Source of the DNA: Alphaproteobacteria bacterium
GTDB taxonomy: Bacteria; Pseudomonadota; Alphaproteobacteria; Bin95
Length of the DNA stretch: 64,000 bases
Assembly: GCA_965205265.1 (NCBI GenBank)
Contig: CBDBGH010000003.1
Coordinates: 640,001-704,000, forward strand
Reading direction: 5' to 3'
Shown: positions 35,945 through 45,722 of the stretch, piece after piece
Position numbering within the stretch: the first letter of the stretch is position 1
Layout: each line of letters opens with the position of its first letter
Translations under genes and position numbers: made by a program
Notes under the pieces: generated by a model
What the model was told of the DNA's origin: nothing
What the model saw: only the letters and a program-made list of their open reading frames with translations
The model's database searches: none

Positions 35945-37522
35945 TCAAAACCGCAGCACCAAGGGGCGGGCGATGGTGTCCGGCAGGGCGGCGATGCGAT
36001 CCAGCACGCGCTCCGGGCAGTCCTCGTCGATTTCGATGAGCGCGAGCGCATGTCCGCCCGCCGCCGGGCGGCCGAGATGGAAGTTGGCGATGTTGACGCC
36101 TTCCTCGCCCAGGATCGTGCCGATCTTGCCGATGACGCCCGGCCGGTCGTGGTTTCGCAGGAACAGCATGATCGGCCCGAACGCCGCCTCGAAATGGATG
36201 TCCTGCACCCGCACGAGCCGCAGCCGGTCGCCGAACAGCGTGCCGGCGACGGTGCGGCTGCGCGCGCCCATGGCGGCCCTGACCTCGATGAGGGCCCGGT
36301 AGCCGTCCGCCTCGCCGGTCGAGGATTCACGCAGATCGATGCCGCGTTCGCGGGCGATGAGCGGCGCGTTCACCATGTTGACCGAGTCGAGTTGGCTGGA
36401 CAGCACGCCCTGCAGCACCAGGCCGGAAAGCGGGCGCGTGTTCAGCCGCGCCATGTCTCCCTTCCAGGCGATGTCGATGCCGGTGATCGCATCGTCGCAG
36501 ATCTGCCCGACAAAGCGGCCGAGCGCATCCGCCAGGCCCATATAGGGCTTGAGCCTCGGCGCCTCCTCGGCGGTGACCGAAGGCGCGTTGAGGGCGTTGA
36601 CGACGGCGCCCGTATGGAGGAAGGCCGCGATCTGCTGGGCCACCTCGACCGCCACATTCTCCTGCGCTTCGGCCGTGGACGCTCCGACATGGGGGGTCGC
36701 CACCACATTGTCGCGGCCGAAAAGCGCGTTCTCCTCCGCCGGCTCGACCTCGAAAACATCGAAGGCTGCGCCCGCCACATGGCCGCTGTCGAGGGCGGCC
36801 GAGAGGTCCGCCTCGACGACGAGCCCGCCGCGCGCGCAATTGACGAGGCGCACGCCGGGCTTCATCCGGGAGATGGCGTCCGCGTCGATCATGCCGCGCG
36901 TCCGCTCTGTCAGCGGCGTGTGGAGGGTGATGAAATCGGCTTCGGCGAAAAGGGCCTCCAGATCCACCTTGGCGGCGCCGAGGTCCCGCGCCCGGTCCTC
37001 CGAGACGAAGGGATCGAAGACCAGCACCCGCATTGCGAGCCCGCGCGCCCGCGCGCAGACGGCGGCGCCGACATTGCCGCAGCCGATGACGCCGAGCGTC
37101 TTGCCGGCCACCTCGCTGCCCATGAAGCGGGATTTCTCCCACCTGCCGGCCTGGGTCGAGCGGTCCGCCGCCGGTATCTGGCGCACGAGCGCGAACAGCA
37201 GCGCAATCGCGTGCTCGGCCGTCGTGACCGTATTGCCGTAGGGCGTGTTCATCACGACCACGCCGCGCTCTGTCGCCGCCGGGATGTCGATATTGTCCAC
37301 ACCGATGCCGGCGCGGCCGACCACTTCCAGATCGGGCGCGCGGTCGAGCAGTGCTGCCGAGACCTCCGTTGCGGAGCGCACAACCAGCCCGCGGACGCCT
37401 GCCATCCGCGCAGCCAGGGCTTCCGGAGCGAGGTCCGGCACCTCTTCGACCTCCAGCCCCGCTGCGCGAAGGATTTCTCCGGCGCGGGCACTCAGGCGGT
37501 CGGCGATCAGCACCTTCTTCAT
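35945..37522 (-). CDS. serA: D-3-phosphoglycerate dehydrogenase
   Basis: GRAGIGVDNID, MNTPYGN, GVIGCGNVG, TPHVGAST.EAQ, ACT domain DRPGVIG. Confidence 0.96.
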   Translation of the reverse strand: MKKVLIADRLSARAGEILRAAGLEVEEVPDLAPEALAARMAGVRGLVVRSATEVSAALLDRAPDLEVVGRAGIGVDNIDIPAATERGVVVMNTPYGNTVTTAEHAIALLFALVRQIPAADRSTQAGRWEKSRFMGSEVAGKTLGVIGCGNVGAAVCARARGLAMRVLVFDPFVSEDRARDLGAAKVDLEALFAEADFITLHTPLTERTRGMIDADAISRMKPGVRLVNCARGGLVVEADLSAALDSGHVAGAAFDVFEVEPAEENALFGRDNVVATPHVGASTAEAQENVAVEVAQQIAAFLHTGAVVNALNAPSVTAEEAPRLKPYMGLADALGRFVGQICDDAITGIDIAWKGDMARLNTRPLSGLVLQGVLSSQLDSVNMVNAPLIARERGIDLRESSTGEADGYRALIEVRAAMGARSRTVAGTLFGDRLRLVRVQDIHFEAAFGPIMLFLRNHDRPGVIGKIGTILGEEGVNIANFHLGRPAAGGHALALIEIDEDCPERVLDRIAALPDTIARPLVLRF

Positions 37523-37530
37523 CGGCCGGC

Positions 37531-38682
37531 TCAGAGCTTCCCGACCTCGGCCTCGAAGGCCCAGTCCAGCCAAGGCATGAGCGCCTCCAGGTCGCTGCGT
37601 TCGACCGTGGGGCCGGCCCAGATGCGCAGGCTCGGCGGCGCGTCGCGATGGTTGGCGATGTCGCGGGCTGCATCCTCGGCGTCGAGCCGCGCCGCAAATG
37701 CCTGTACAAAGGCCCTCAGCCGGTCCTCCGGCAGGCCGGCGACCCGGGGATCGGCGAAGGCGAGGCAGACCGAGGTCGGCGAGCGCGCCGCCGGGTCGCG
37801 GGCGAGGAAGTCGATCCAGCGCGTCCGGGCCACCCACTCCCCGATGACGGCGGCATTGGCCCGGGTGCGCGCGACGGTCCCGGCAAGGCCGCCCACGCTC
37901 TCCACCCAGGCCAGCGCATCGAGCGCGTCCTCGACGCACAGCATGGAAGGCGTGTTCAGCGTCTCGCCGCGGAAGACGCCCTCGATCAGCGCGCCGCCCC
38001 GGGTCAGGCGGAAGACCTTCGGCAGCGGCCATGGCGGCGTCCAGGACAACAGCCGTTCCGCCGCGCGCGGGCCGAGCGCCAGCATGCCGTGCGCCCCCTC
38101 GCCGCCGATGGCCTTCTGCCAGGACCAGGTGACGACATCGAGCTTCGGCCACGGCATGTCCATGGCGAATACGGCCGAAGTGGCGTCGCAGATCGCAAGG
38201 CCGCGCCGGTCCTCGGCGATCCAGTCGCCGTCGGGCAGGCAGACGCCCGAGGTGGTGCCGTTCCACACGAACACAAGGTCGCGGTCGCAGTCCGCTTCCG
38301 ACAGGTCCGGCAGGGCGCCGTATCCGGCTTCCAGCAGGCGCACGTCCTGGATGCCGAGATGGCTCCGGACATCCAGGGCCCAGCTCGCCCCGAAGCTCTC
38401 CCACGCCAGCACATCGACGCCGCGCGCGCCGAGCAGGGACCACAGCGCGATCTCCACGGCGCCGGTGTCGGAAGCGGGCACGATCGCGAGCCGCCAGTCC
38501 TCCGGCATGCCGAGCAGCCGGCGGCTCCTGGCGATGACCTCGGCCAGCTTTTCCTTGCCGGGCGCGGAGCGGTGCGAGCGCCCCACCAGGGCATCGGCGA
38601 GGACGGCCGGCGTCCATCCCGGCCGCTTGGTGCAGGGCCCGGAGGAGAAGTTCGGATTGGCGGGGCGGACGGTCGGTTTCAT
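37531..38682 (-). CDS. serC: Phosphoserine aminotransferase (Methanosarcina type)
   Basis: FSSGPCTKRPGW, WNGTTSGV, SWQK.IGGEGAHG, LRIWAG. Confidence 0.95.
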   Translation of the reverse strand: MKPTVRPANPNFSSGPCTKRPGWTPAVLADALVGRSHRSAPGKEKLAEVIARSRRLLGMPEDWRLAIVPASDTGAVEIALWSLLGARGVDVLAWESFGASWALDVRSHLGIQDVRLLEAGYGALPDLSEADCDRDLVFVWNGTTSGVCLPDGDWIAEDRRGLAICDATSAVFAMDMPWPKLDVVTWSWQKAIGGEGAHGMLALGPRAAERLLSWTPPWPLPKVFRLTRGGALIEGVFRGETLNTPSMLCVEDALDALAWVESVGGLAGTVARTRANAAVIGEWVARTRWIDFLARDPAARSPTSVCLAFADPRVAGLPEDRLRAFVQAFAARLDAEDAARDIANHRDAPPSLRIWAGPTVERSDLEALMPWLDWAFEAEVGKL

Positions 38683-38829
38683 TGCGTCTCGCACTGTATC
38701 GTGAAAGCGGGCAACCTATTCCTTGCGCCGCCGCAATCAACGCGGCTGCGAGTCGCGGAAATGCGGGTCAGGCATTTGAGTTCCTTGCGGCGAAGACAGG
38801 GAAGGGCGGCTGGCGCAAATCCGATCCGG

Positions 38830-39807
38830 CTAAAGTTCGAGACCGGCAACCATCCTTTTGGCGAGGACGCGGGCCTCGGCGCGGTTCGTCGGGATCGTTC
38901 CGGTCGGGCCGCGGGCGGCCCAGCCGACGGCGTAAAGGCCGGGCTCTATTTCGGGACCCGTTGGCCGGACGCCGTCTGTGGCGGCCTTCTCGTAGCCGAT
39001 GCAGGTGACGGCGAGATCGGCCGGCAGGACGCCGCCGCCGGTCCGGACCGCCTCCAGCCGGCCTGCGCCCAGAAAGGCCGTTGCCTGTGTGTGGAAATGG
39101 AAGCGGATCGGAATGCCGCGCCCCGGCGGCCGCGCCGCGAAGTCCTTCAGGATGACAGAGGCTTCGCCGCTCGCGTCCCCGAATGCCTCCACCTCGGGCC
39201 ATGCGGCCGCAAGCTCGCCGATCTCCAGAAGTTCTGTCGGGCTGAAGCGCACATCCTCCGGGCCGCCCCGGATCAGCAGGTCGATGCGCTCCAGCGCGAG
39301 CGGGTTCAGGCAGTCGATCTCGCGATGCTTCGCCAGCAGGCGGACGGCGTCGAGGGCGACATTGCCGGCCCCGACGACGACCGCGCGCCGGGCGCCGGCG
39401 AGACGGGCCAGCGGGGCCGCTTCGGGATGGCCGTTGATCCAGCGGATGAAGCGGCCCGAGGGCTCGGCCAACTCTTCGCCGGGTACGTCCAGCCTGCGGT
39501 CCAGGGGCGCGCCCGTCGCCAGCGCCACGGCGTCGTAGTCGCGGCGGAGCGTATCCAACCCGATATCGCGCCCGACCTCGACGCCGAGATGCAGAGAAGC
39601 CGCGCCCCTGTCGAACGGCCGCTGCAGCACGCGGGCGATAGCGCGGGTCTGCTCGTGGTCCGGCGCCACGCCGAAACGCACCAGGCCGAACGGTTCGTCC
39701 AGCCGCTCGAACACGTCGATGACCGCGCCCGGTATGGCGCGGGCGAGCGCATCCGCCAGATAGCAGCCCGCCGGGCCGGACCCGGCGATGGCGAAACGCG
39801 CCGTCAA
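38830..39807 (-). CDS. NAD(P)H:ferredoxin/flavodoxin reductase, adrenodoxin-reductase/FprA type
   Basis: AGSGPAG, PFGLVRFGVAPDH, GAGNVALD, GWAARGPTGTI; TTGA overlap with boxB stop. Confidence 0.8.
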   Translation of the reverse strand: MTARFAIAGSGPAGCYLADALARAIPGAVIDVFERLDEPFGLVRFGVAPDHEQTRAIARVLQRPFDRGAASLHLGVEVGRDIGLDTLRRDYDAVALATGAPLDRRLDVPGEELAEPSGRFIRWINGHPEAAPLARLAGARRAVVVGAGNVALDAVRLLAKHREIDCLNPLALERIDLLIRGGPEDVRFSPTELLEIGELAAAWPEVEAFGDASGEASVILKDFAARPPGRGIPIRFHFHTQATAFLGAGRLEAVRTGGGVLPADLAVTCIGYEKAATDGVRPTGPEIEPGLYAVGWAARGPTGTIPTNRAEARVLAKRMVAGLEL

Positions 39808-41228
39808 TGCAGCTTCACATATTCGTAATCGACCGGTTTGCCATCGATGCCGCGCGCCGGCGGGGCGATCCAGCCCGCCATCTTTCCGGGCTCGGTGACG
39901 GCCCGCATCAGCGAACGGACATAGGCTTTGTCCTCCTCCGTCGGCAGCCAGCCGGGCAGGCGCCTGCGGTAGAGGTCGTCGGCCATCGGCGTGCCGTCGG
40001 GGGCGACGGGAGCCCCGGCCCAGCGGCCGATGGTGCGGCGGAAGCGCGTCGAGGGCAGGAAGAGTTCGGCGTCGAAGCCCGCGCGCTTTATCGTCCGGTT
40101 CCAGCGCGTCATGCCGATGGCGCAGTCCTTCACATAGAGGTTGCGCGTGATCTCGTTCATCGCATTGCGGGTCGGCACTTCCTCCTCGCGGATGCCGCCC
40201 GTCTCGTCGGGAACCGCGATGCGTTCGACGGTGTCGAGGCACACATGGTCCTCGAAACCCGCCTCGTCGGGCCGTCCCTTCAGGCCCGCCGCGAAATAGG
40301 CGGCGGCGTTGGAGGAGGTCTCGGAGCCGAACAGGTCGAGCGAGGAGGAGAACCAGAAATTGATGTAGCGCTGGAGCGTCGGCAGGTCGATGGCGCCCTG
40401 GGCGCGCACCGCGTCCGGGTCGTCCGTGCCGAGCGCCTGCATCACTTCGAGCGTGCGCCTGACGATCCGACCGATGCCGGTTTCGCCGACGAACATGTGG
40501 TGCGCCTCCTCGGTCAGCATGAAGGAGCAGGTGCGCGCCAGCGGGTCGAAGGCCGACTCGGCGAACGACTTCAGCTGGTACTTGCCGTCCCGGTCGGTGA
40601 AATAGGTGAACATGAAGAAGGAGAGCCAGTCGTCTATCGGCTCGTTGAAGGTAGTGAGGATGCGCGGATTGTCCGGGTCGCCCGAGTGGCGGTAGAGCAG
40701 TTCCTCGGCCTCCTCGCGCCCGTCGCGGCCGAAATGGGCGTGCAGCAGATAGACCATCGCCCAGAGGTGGCGGCCTTCCTCGACATTGACCTGGAAGAGG
40801 TTGCGCAGGTCGTAGAGCGACGGACAGCTATGGCCGAGGCGGCGCTGCTGCTCGACGGAGGCGGGCTCGGTGTCGCCCTGGGTCACGATCAGCCGGCGGA
40901 GCGCGGCGCGGTGCTCGCCCGGAACCTCCGGCCAGACCGGCTTGCCCATCTCGTCGCCGAAGCCGATCACGCGGTCCTGCTCGGGCTCGGCAAGGAAGAT
41001 GCCCCAGCGGTATTCCGGCATGCGCACATAGCCGAAGCTGGCCCAGCCCCTCGCATCCACCGCCGTTGCGGTGCGCAGATAGACATCCGCCGCCTGGAAG
41101 CCCTCGGGACCGAGCTCGCTCCACCAGTTGAGGAAGCGGGGCTGCCAGTGCTCGAGCGCGCGCTGCAGGCGCCGGTCCTCGGAGAGATCGATATTGTTGG
41201 GGATGCGCCCCGTGTAATCGACAGCCAT
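39804..41228 (-). CDS. boxB: Benzoyl-CoA 2,3-epoxidase subunit BoxB
   Basis: IPNNIDL, QGDTEPASVEQQ, VNVEEGRHLWAM, TEEAHHMFVG di-iron motifs. Confidence 0.96.
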   Translation of the reverse strand: MAVDYTGRIPNNIDLSEDRRLQRALEHWQPRFLNWWSELGPEGFQAADVYLRTATAVDARGWASFGYVRMPEYRWGIFLAEPEQDRVIGFGDEMGKPVWPEVPGEHRAALRRLIVTQGDTEPASVEQQRRLGHSCPSLYDLRNLFQVNVEEGRHLWAMVYLLHAHFGRDGREEAEELLYRHSGDPDNPRILTTFNEPIDDWLSFFMFTYFTDRDGKYQLKSFAESAFDPLARTCSFMLTEEAHHMFVGETGIGRIVRRTLEVMQALGTDDPDAVRAQGAIDLPTLQRYINFWFSSSLDLFGSETSSNAAAYFAAGLKGRPDEAGFEDHVCLDTVERIAVPDETGGIREEEVPTRNAMNEITRNLYVKDCAIGMTRWNRTIKRAGFDAELFLPSTRFRRTIGRWAGAPVAPDGTPMADDLYRRRLPGWLPTEEDKAYVRSLMRAVTEPGKMAGWIAPPARGIDGKPVDYEYVKLH

Positions 41229-42850
41229 CACACACGCCTCCAGTCGAAGCCCGGCCTTGTGCCGGAGCCGAAACGCTTGAGCGCCCCGTCCTCGCCGACG
41301 GCGTTGGGGCGGCTGAAAATCCAGTTCTGCCAGGCGGTAAGCCGGCCGAATATCTTGGTGGCGAGGGTTTCGGCGCCGCCGAAGCGCAGGCTCGCCTCCA
41401 TGCCCGTCAGCGCATCCGGCGAGAGCGCCGCGCGCTCCTCCAGCGCAATGCGCACCTCGTCCTCCCAGTCGAGTTCGTCGGGAGCGAAGGTTACGAGTCC
41501 CGCGGCGAGCGCTTCTTCCGGGCCGAAACTGTCGGTGTCGAATTCGGGAATTGCACCGGAAAAGCGGCAGTCGAGCCGGGTGCGCCCGTTCGCCGTTTCG
41601 AGGCTGCCCCGGTTCAGCGCGCCGAGTGCGATCCGGGGCGCGGCCTCCGGCTCGTCGAGCGGCTGGAACATGAAGCTGCGGTCCGCGGCGAGCGCCAGTT
41701 CCAGCAGGGGGCCGACAAAGCAGGAGCCGGGTTCGATGAGCGCGATCAGAGAGCGGGAGGTCACGTCCAGCCGGGCGAGCGCACGCCGCCACCAGGCGAC
41801 TGTCTCCCGCAGGAACCGGTCGGTTTCGGCACCTTCGCTCAGCAGGGCGTCCACGGCCAGCAGCGCTTGCCCGTCGCCCTCGGTCTTCAACACCCAGGCG
41901 CCGATCTGCTCGTGGTTCGTTCGCAACATCAGCACCGCGTCTTCGAGCTCGCGCGCGGCGGCGAGCGGCCACCAGGCGGCGGAGCGCTCCATCGCCACCG
42001 GCCCCGAGGGGCCGGAGACCGTGATCTCCGCGAGCCGCCGCGTGTCCTCGATTCGCACGCGCACATTCGGGTAGCGGTAGCCGTCCGGTTCGACGCGCCG
42101 TTCCAGCGGCGTGAGCGGCACCGGGTCGCCCGCGGGCAGGTCCGGCCGGCCGGCGAGTTCCTCGGCGCGCTCTCGCACGGCGGTTTCGAAGCGCTGCGGC
42201 GGCGCGGTGCGGTCCACAAGGCCCCATTCGAGCGCCCGGCGGCCGCGTGCGCCGTCGGGGTCGGTGCAGAACACGTCGGCGAGGTCGCGGCGGACGCGGC
42301 GCTTGTCGGTGATGCGCGTCAGGCCGCCCGTGCCCGGCAGCACGCCCAGCAGCGGCACTTCCGGCAGGCTGACGGCGCTCGACCGGTCTTCGATGAGCCA
42401 GATCTCGTCGCAAGCCAGCGCCAGCTCATAGCCGCCGCCCGCCGCCGTGCCGTTGCAGGCCGCGATGAAGGCGATGCCCGAGCGCCGGCTCGCATCCTCC
42501 ATGAAGTTGCGGGTCTCGTTGGTGAAGCGGCAGAAATTGACCTTCGCCGCATGGCTCGATCCGGCGAGCATGTAGATATTGGCCCCGGCGCAGAACATGC
42601 GGTCGAGGGCGCTGGTCACGATGACCGCGCGCACCTCAGGATGCTCGAAGCGCAGCCGGTTGAGCGCGTCGTTGAGCTCGATATCGACGCCGAGATCGTA
42701 GGAGTTGCGCTTCAGCGCGTAGCCGGGACGGAGCCCGCCATCCTCGTCCACTTCGAGCGTAAGCGTCGCGACCGCTCCGTCCACCGCCAGCGACCAGTGC
42801 CGGTAGCTCTCCGGTTCGCGGTCGTAGGTGATGAGCATATTGTCGGTCAT
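41228..42850 (-). CDS. boxC: 2,3-epoxybenzoyl-CoA dihydrolase BoxC
   Basis: NSYDLGVDIEL, FCAGANIYML, TNETRN, FGRLTAWQNWIF.RPNAVGE. Confidence 0.96.
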   Translation of the reverse strand: MTDNMLITYDREPESYRHWSLAVDGAVATLTLEVDEDGGLRPGYALKRNSYDLGVDIELNDALNRLRFEHPEVRAVIVTSALDRMFCAGANIYMLAGSSHAAKVNFCRFTNETRNFMEDASRRSGIAFIAACNGTAAGGGYELALACDEIWLIEDRSSAVSLPEVPLLGVLPGTGGLTRITDKRRVRRDLADVFCTDPDGARGRRALEWGLVDRTAPPQRFETAVRERAEELAGRPDLPAGDPVPLTPLERRVEPDGYRYPNVRVRIEDTRRLAEITVSGPSGPVAMERSAAWWPLAAARELEDAVLMLRTNHEQIGAWVLKTEGDGQALLAVDALLSEGAETDRFLRETVAWWRRALARLDVTSRSLIALIEPGSCFVGPLLELALAADRSFMFQPLDEPEAAPRIALGALNRGSLETANGRTRLDCRFSGAIPEFDTDSFGPEEALAAGLVTFAPDELDWEDEVRIALEERAALSPDALTGMEASLRFGGAETLATKIFGRLTAWQNWIFSRPNAVGEDGALKRFGSGTRPGFDWRRV

Positions 42851-42853
42851 TTA

Positions 42854-42884
42854 TGCATTATATTTCCTGTTCAGCGGGAGTCAA
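42854..42884 (-). promoter_or_regulatory. boxC promoter with putative BoxR operator
   Basis: TTGACT-N16-TATAAT; contains ACAGGAAATATAATGCA, identical to 43747-43763. Confidence 0.7.
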
Positions 42885-43748
42885 GCTGCAGCCGCCCTGC
42901 CTTGTTGCAAGCAGCCGGCGGGCAGTTCGCTCCAATTCGTCGAGGCAGTCCTCGAGTGGACGGCCCGACGTATCGAGCCGGGCGTCGGCGCGGGCATAAT
43001 CGGGGCTGCGGGCGGCAAGGATTGCGCGGAGGTCGGCCATCGCTTCCGGATTGTCGGCCATCGGCCGGCGATCGCCCTGGGCGGCAACGCGCCGCATGTG
43101 CTCCTCGGGCGAGGCCGTCACCCAGACCGTATGGGTGCGGGTCAGCAACAGATCGAGGCTGGCGGCCTCCGCGACGATGCCGCCGGGTGTGGCGATGACC
43201 CCGCGCCCGCCCTTCTCCGTAATGCGGCTGAGCGCACGGTATTCCTGCCGCCTTAGCCCCGGCTGGCCCGACAAGGCCAGGATTTCCGCAATGTTGGCGC
43301 CGTATTCCCGCTCGATCTCTCGGGTGAGTTCGACGAAGGGCCAGTCGAGACGTTCCGCCAGAAGGTGCCCGAGGGTCGTCTTGCCGGCGCCGCGCAAGCC
43401 TATAAGCGCGATCCGTTCCGCCTTGTCCGCAGCCCGTCCGAAATGGCGTTCCAGCAGCGCATGGGCGGCGGCCCGGTCTTCCGGGCCGAGCCGCTCCAGC
43501 AGGGCGGCCGCCGCGTCGTGGGCGGGGGACGAAAACAGTGTTGCGAGGTCCACGCCGATGGCTGCCGCGATGCGGGCCAGCACGCCGATTGAGGGGTTCG
43601 CCCTTCCGCTCTCCAGTTCGGCGAGATAGCGTTCCGACGCCGCGCTGTCACGGGCCAGGATGCGCCGGCTCATGCCGCGAGCGGCCCGGAGAGTCCGCAG
43701 CCTTGCGCCGAGCGGCGCAGCAATGTTTTCCTTGGCGGCGTCGGTCAC
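42858..43748 (-). CDS. boxR: BoxR/BzdR regulator (XRE HTH + shikimate-kinase-like domain)
   Basis: ASERYLAELESGRANPS HTH; LIGLRGAGKTTLG; EEHMRRVAAQGDRRPM; GTG start uncertain. Confidence 0.9.
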   Translation of the reverse strand: MTDAAKENIAAPLGARLRTLRAARGMSRRILARDSAASERYLAELESGRANPSIGVLARIAAAIGVDLATLFSSPAHDAAAALLERLGPEDRAAAHALLERHFGRAADKAERIALIGLRGAGKTTLGHLLAERLDWPFVELTREIEREYGANIAEILALSGQPGLRRQEYRALSRITEKGGRGVIATPGGIVAEAASLDLLLTRTHTVWVTASPEEHMRRVAAQGDRRPMADNPEAMADLRAILAARSPDYARADARLDTSGRPLEDCLDELERTARRLLATRQGGCSLTPAEQEI

Positions 43749-43763
43749 AGGAAATATAATGCA
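43732..43763 (+). promoter_or_regulatory. Flavodoxin/ligase operon promoter with putative BoxR operator
   Basis: TTGGCG-N17-TATAAT; same 17-bp box as before boxC. Confidence 0.65.
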
Positions 43764-43767
43764 GCAC

Positions 43768-44232
43768 ATGAGCAGCTCTGTCATCATCTATGTCGCGACG
43801 ATGACCGGCACGGCCGACCTTGTCGCCGAGGAAGTCCAGGCCGCACTGGAAGACGAGGGCGCGGAGGTGGACCTCCTGCCGATGGACGATCTGGATGCGA
43901 GCGCCTTCGCGGCGCCGGGCCTCTATGTCGTGGTCAGCTCCACCTACGGGCAGGGCGACGTGCCGGACAACGGCCAGGCCCTCGCCGATGCGCTGGAAAG
44001 CGAGCGACCCGACCTCGCCCATGTCCGTTACGGCCTGTTCGCACTCGGCGACATGACCTATGCGCGGACCTTCTGCGGCGGCGGCATGACCTTCGACCGC
44101 ATCCTGAGCGAGCTCGGCGCAAGGCGCGTGGGCGAACCCATGCGCCACAATGCGTCTTCCGGCATCCTGCCGGAGGACGAAGCGGCGGACTGGGCGCGGT
44201 CGTGGTATGAAAGCGCCATGGCGGAGGTGTGA
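43768..44232 (+). CDS. Flavodoxin (MioC/cindoxin-like)
   Basis: ATMTGTA FMN loop, SSTYGQGDVPDN, ALGD.TY..FCGGG. Confidence 0.9.
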   Translation: MSSSVIIYVATMTGTADLVAEEVQAALEDEGAEVDLLPMDDLDASAFAAPGLYVVVSSTYGQGDVPDNGQALADALESERPDLAHVRYGLFALGDMTYARTFCGGGMTFDRILSELGARRVGEPMRHNASSGILPEDEAADWARSWYESAMAEV

Positions 44233-45722
44233 GCGACATGGCCGGCTACAATGCGGCGGCGGACCTGATCGGGCGCAACCTCGCCGCCGGGCGCGGCGCG
44301 AAGACGGCGGTGATCGACAGCCGGGGCGCGCACAGCTATGCCGACATCGACGCGGCGACGAGCCGGTTCGCCCATGCGCTCGCGGCGCTCGGCGTCAGGC
44401 GCGAGGAGCGTATCCTCCTCTGCCTCAACGACACGGCGGATTTCCACACCTGCTTCCTCGGTGCCATCAAGGCCGGCGTCGTCCCGGTGCCGGTCAACAC
44501 GCGGCTAACCCGCGACGACTACGCCTTCATGCTGCACGATGCCCGCGCGCAGGCGGCCTTCGTCTCGGCGAATCTCGCCCCGGTCTTCGAGGGACTACAC
44601 GACCGCGTCATCCGGGACGGCGGCGAACTCGCGCGGCTGATCGCGCCCGAGAGCCCTGTGTTCGCGGCTGCCGAAACGGTCGAGGACGAGATGTGCTTCT
44701 GGCTCTACACCTCGGGCACGACGGGCCAGCCGAAAGGCGCGGTGCATCTGCATGGCGACCTGGCGCGCACAGCGGAGCTTTATGCCGGGCCGACGCTGGG
44801 TGTCGCCGAAGACGACGTGCTGTTCTCCGCCGCCAAGCTGTTCTTCGCCTACGGACTCGGCAACGGCCTGACCTTCCCGATGGCGGCGGGAGCGACCTCG
44901 GTGCTGCTTGAAGGACCGCCGGAGCCGGGGCCGATCTGCCGCCTGCTGCGCGAGGCCCGGCCCACAATCTTCTTCGGCGTGCCGACCCTGTTCGCCATGC
45001 TGCTCGCGAGCGGCGAGGCGCCGGAGCCGGGCGAACATGCGCTCCGGCTTGCGGTCTCCGCCGGCGAGGCACTGCCGCCCGAAATCCTGCGTCGCTGGCA
45101 GGAGGCCGTCGGCGTGGACATTCTGGACGGCCTCGGCTCCACCGAGATGCTGCATATCTTCATCACAAACCGGGTCGGCGACATCGCGCCGGGGGCTTCG
45201 GGGCGCCCGGTCGAGGGCTATGAGTTGCGCCTTGTGGACGATGACGACCGGGTGATCGAGGAGCCCGGCGCGCTGGGTGCGCTGGAGGTCAAGGGACCGA
45301 CCAGCGCGGTGTTCTACTGGAACCGGCGGGCGCGTTCGGTCGAGACCTTCCGCGGCGCCTGGACGCGCACGGGCGACAAATACACGCGCGACGGGAACGG
45401 CGTTTACGCCTTCGCCGGGCGCGCGGACGACATGCTCAAGGTCGGCGGCATCTATGTCTCGCCCTTCGAGGTGGAAGGTGCGCTGCTGAAGCATGAGGCC
45501 GTGCTGGAGGCGGCGGTGGTGGGTGCGGAGGACCCGGACGGCCTCATCAAGCCGAAGGCCTTCGTGGTGCTGCAGGAGGGCAGGGAAGCCGGTGAGGCGG
45601 AGCTGCAGGATTTCGTGCGCGGCCAGCTCGCCGCCTACAAATATCCGCGCTGGGTCGAATTCGTGGACGAGCTGCCGAAGACGGCGACCGGCAAGATCCA
45701 GCGGTACAAGCTCCGCGCATGA
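44229..45722 (+). CDS. Benzoate--CoA ligase
   Basis: FWLYTSGTTGQPKG, AAKLFFAYGLGN, DGLGSTEMLHIF, PKTATGKIQR. Confidence 0.93.
   Translation: MSDMAGYNAAADLIGRNLAAGRGAKTAVIDSRGAHSYADIDAATSRFAHALAALGVRREERILLCLNDTADFHTCFLGAIKAGVVPVPVNTRLTRDDYAFMLHDARAQAAFVSANLAPVFEGLHDRVIRDGGELARLIAPESPVFAAAETVEDEMCFWLYTSGTTGQPKGAVHLHGDLARTAELYAGPTLGVAEDDVLFSAAKLFFAYGLGNGLTFPMAAGATSVLLEGPPEPGPICRLLREARPTIFFGVPTLFAMLLASGEAPEPGEHALRLAVSAGEALPPEILRRWQEAVGVDILDGLGSTEMLHIFITNRVGDIAPGASGRPVEGYELRLVDDDDRVIEEPGALGALEVKGPTSAVFYWNRRARSVETFRGAWTRTGDKYTRDGNGVYAFAGRADDMLKVGGIYVSPFEVEGALLKHEAVLEAAVVGAEDPDGLIKPKAFVVLQEGREAGEAELQDFVRGQLAAYKYPRWVEFVDELPKTATGKIQRYKLRA

Noticed and set aside
38683-38830. Alphaproteobacterial serC leader RNA motif
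   Set aside because: The position fits, but I could not see the expected hairpins or consensus; needs an Infernal scan
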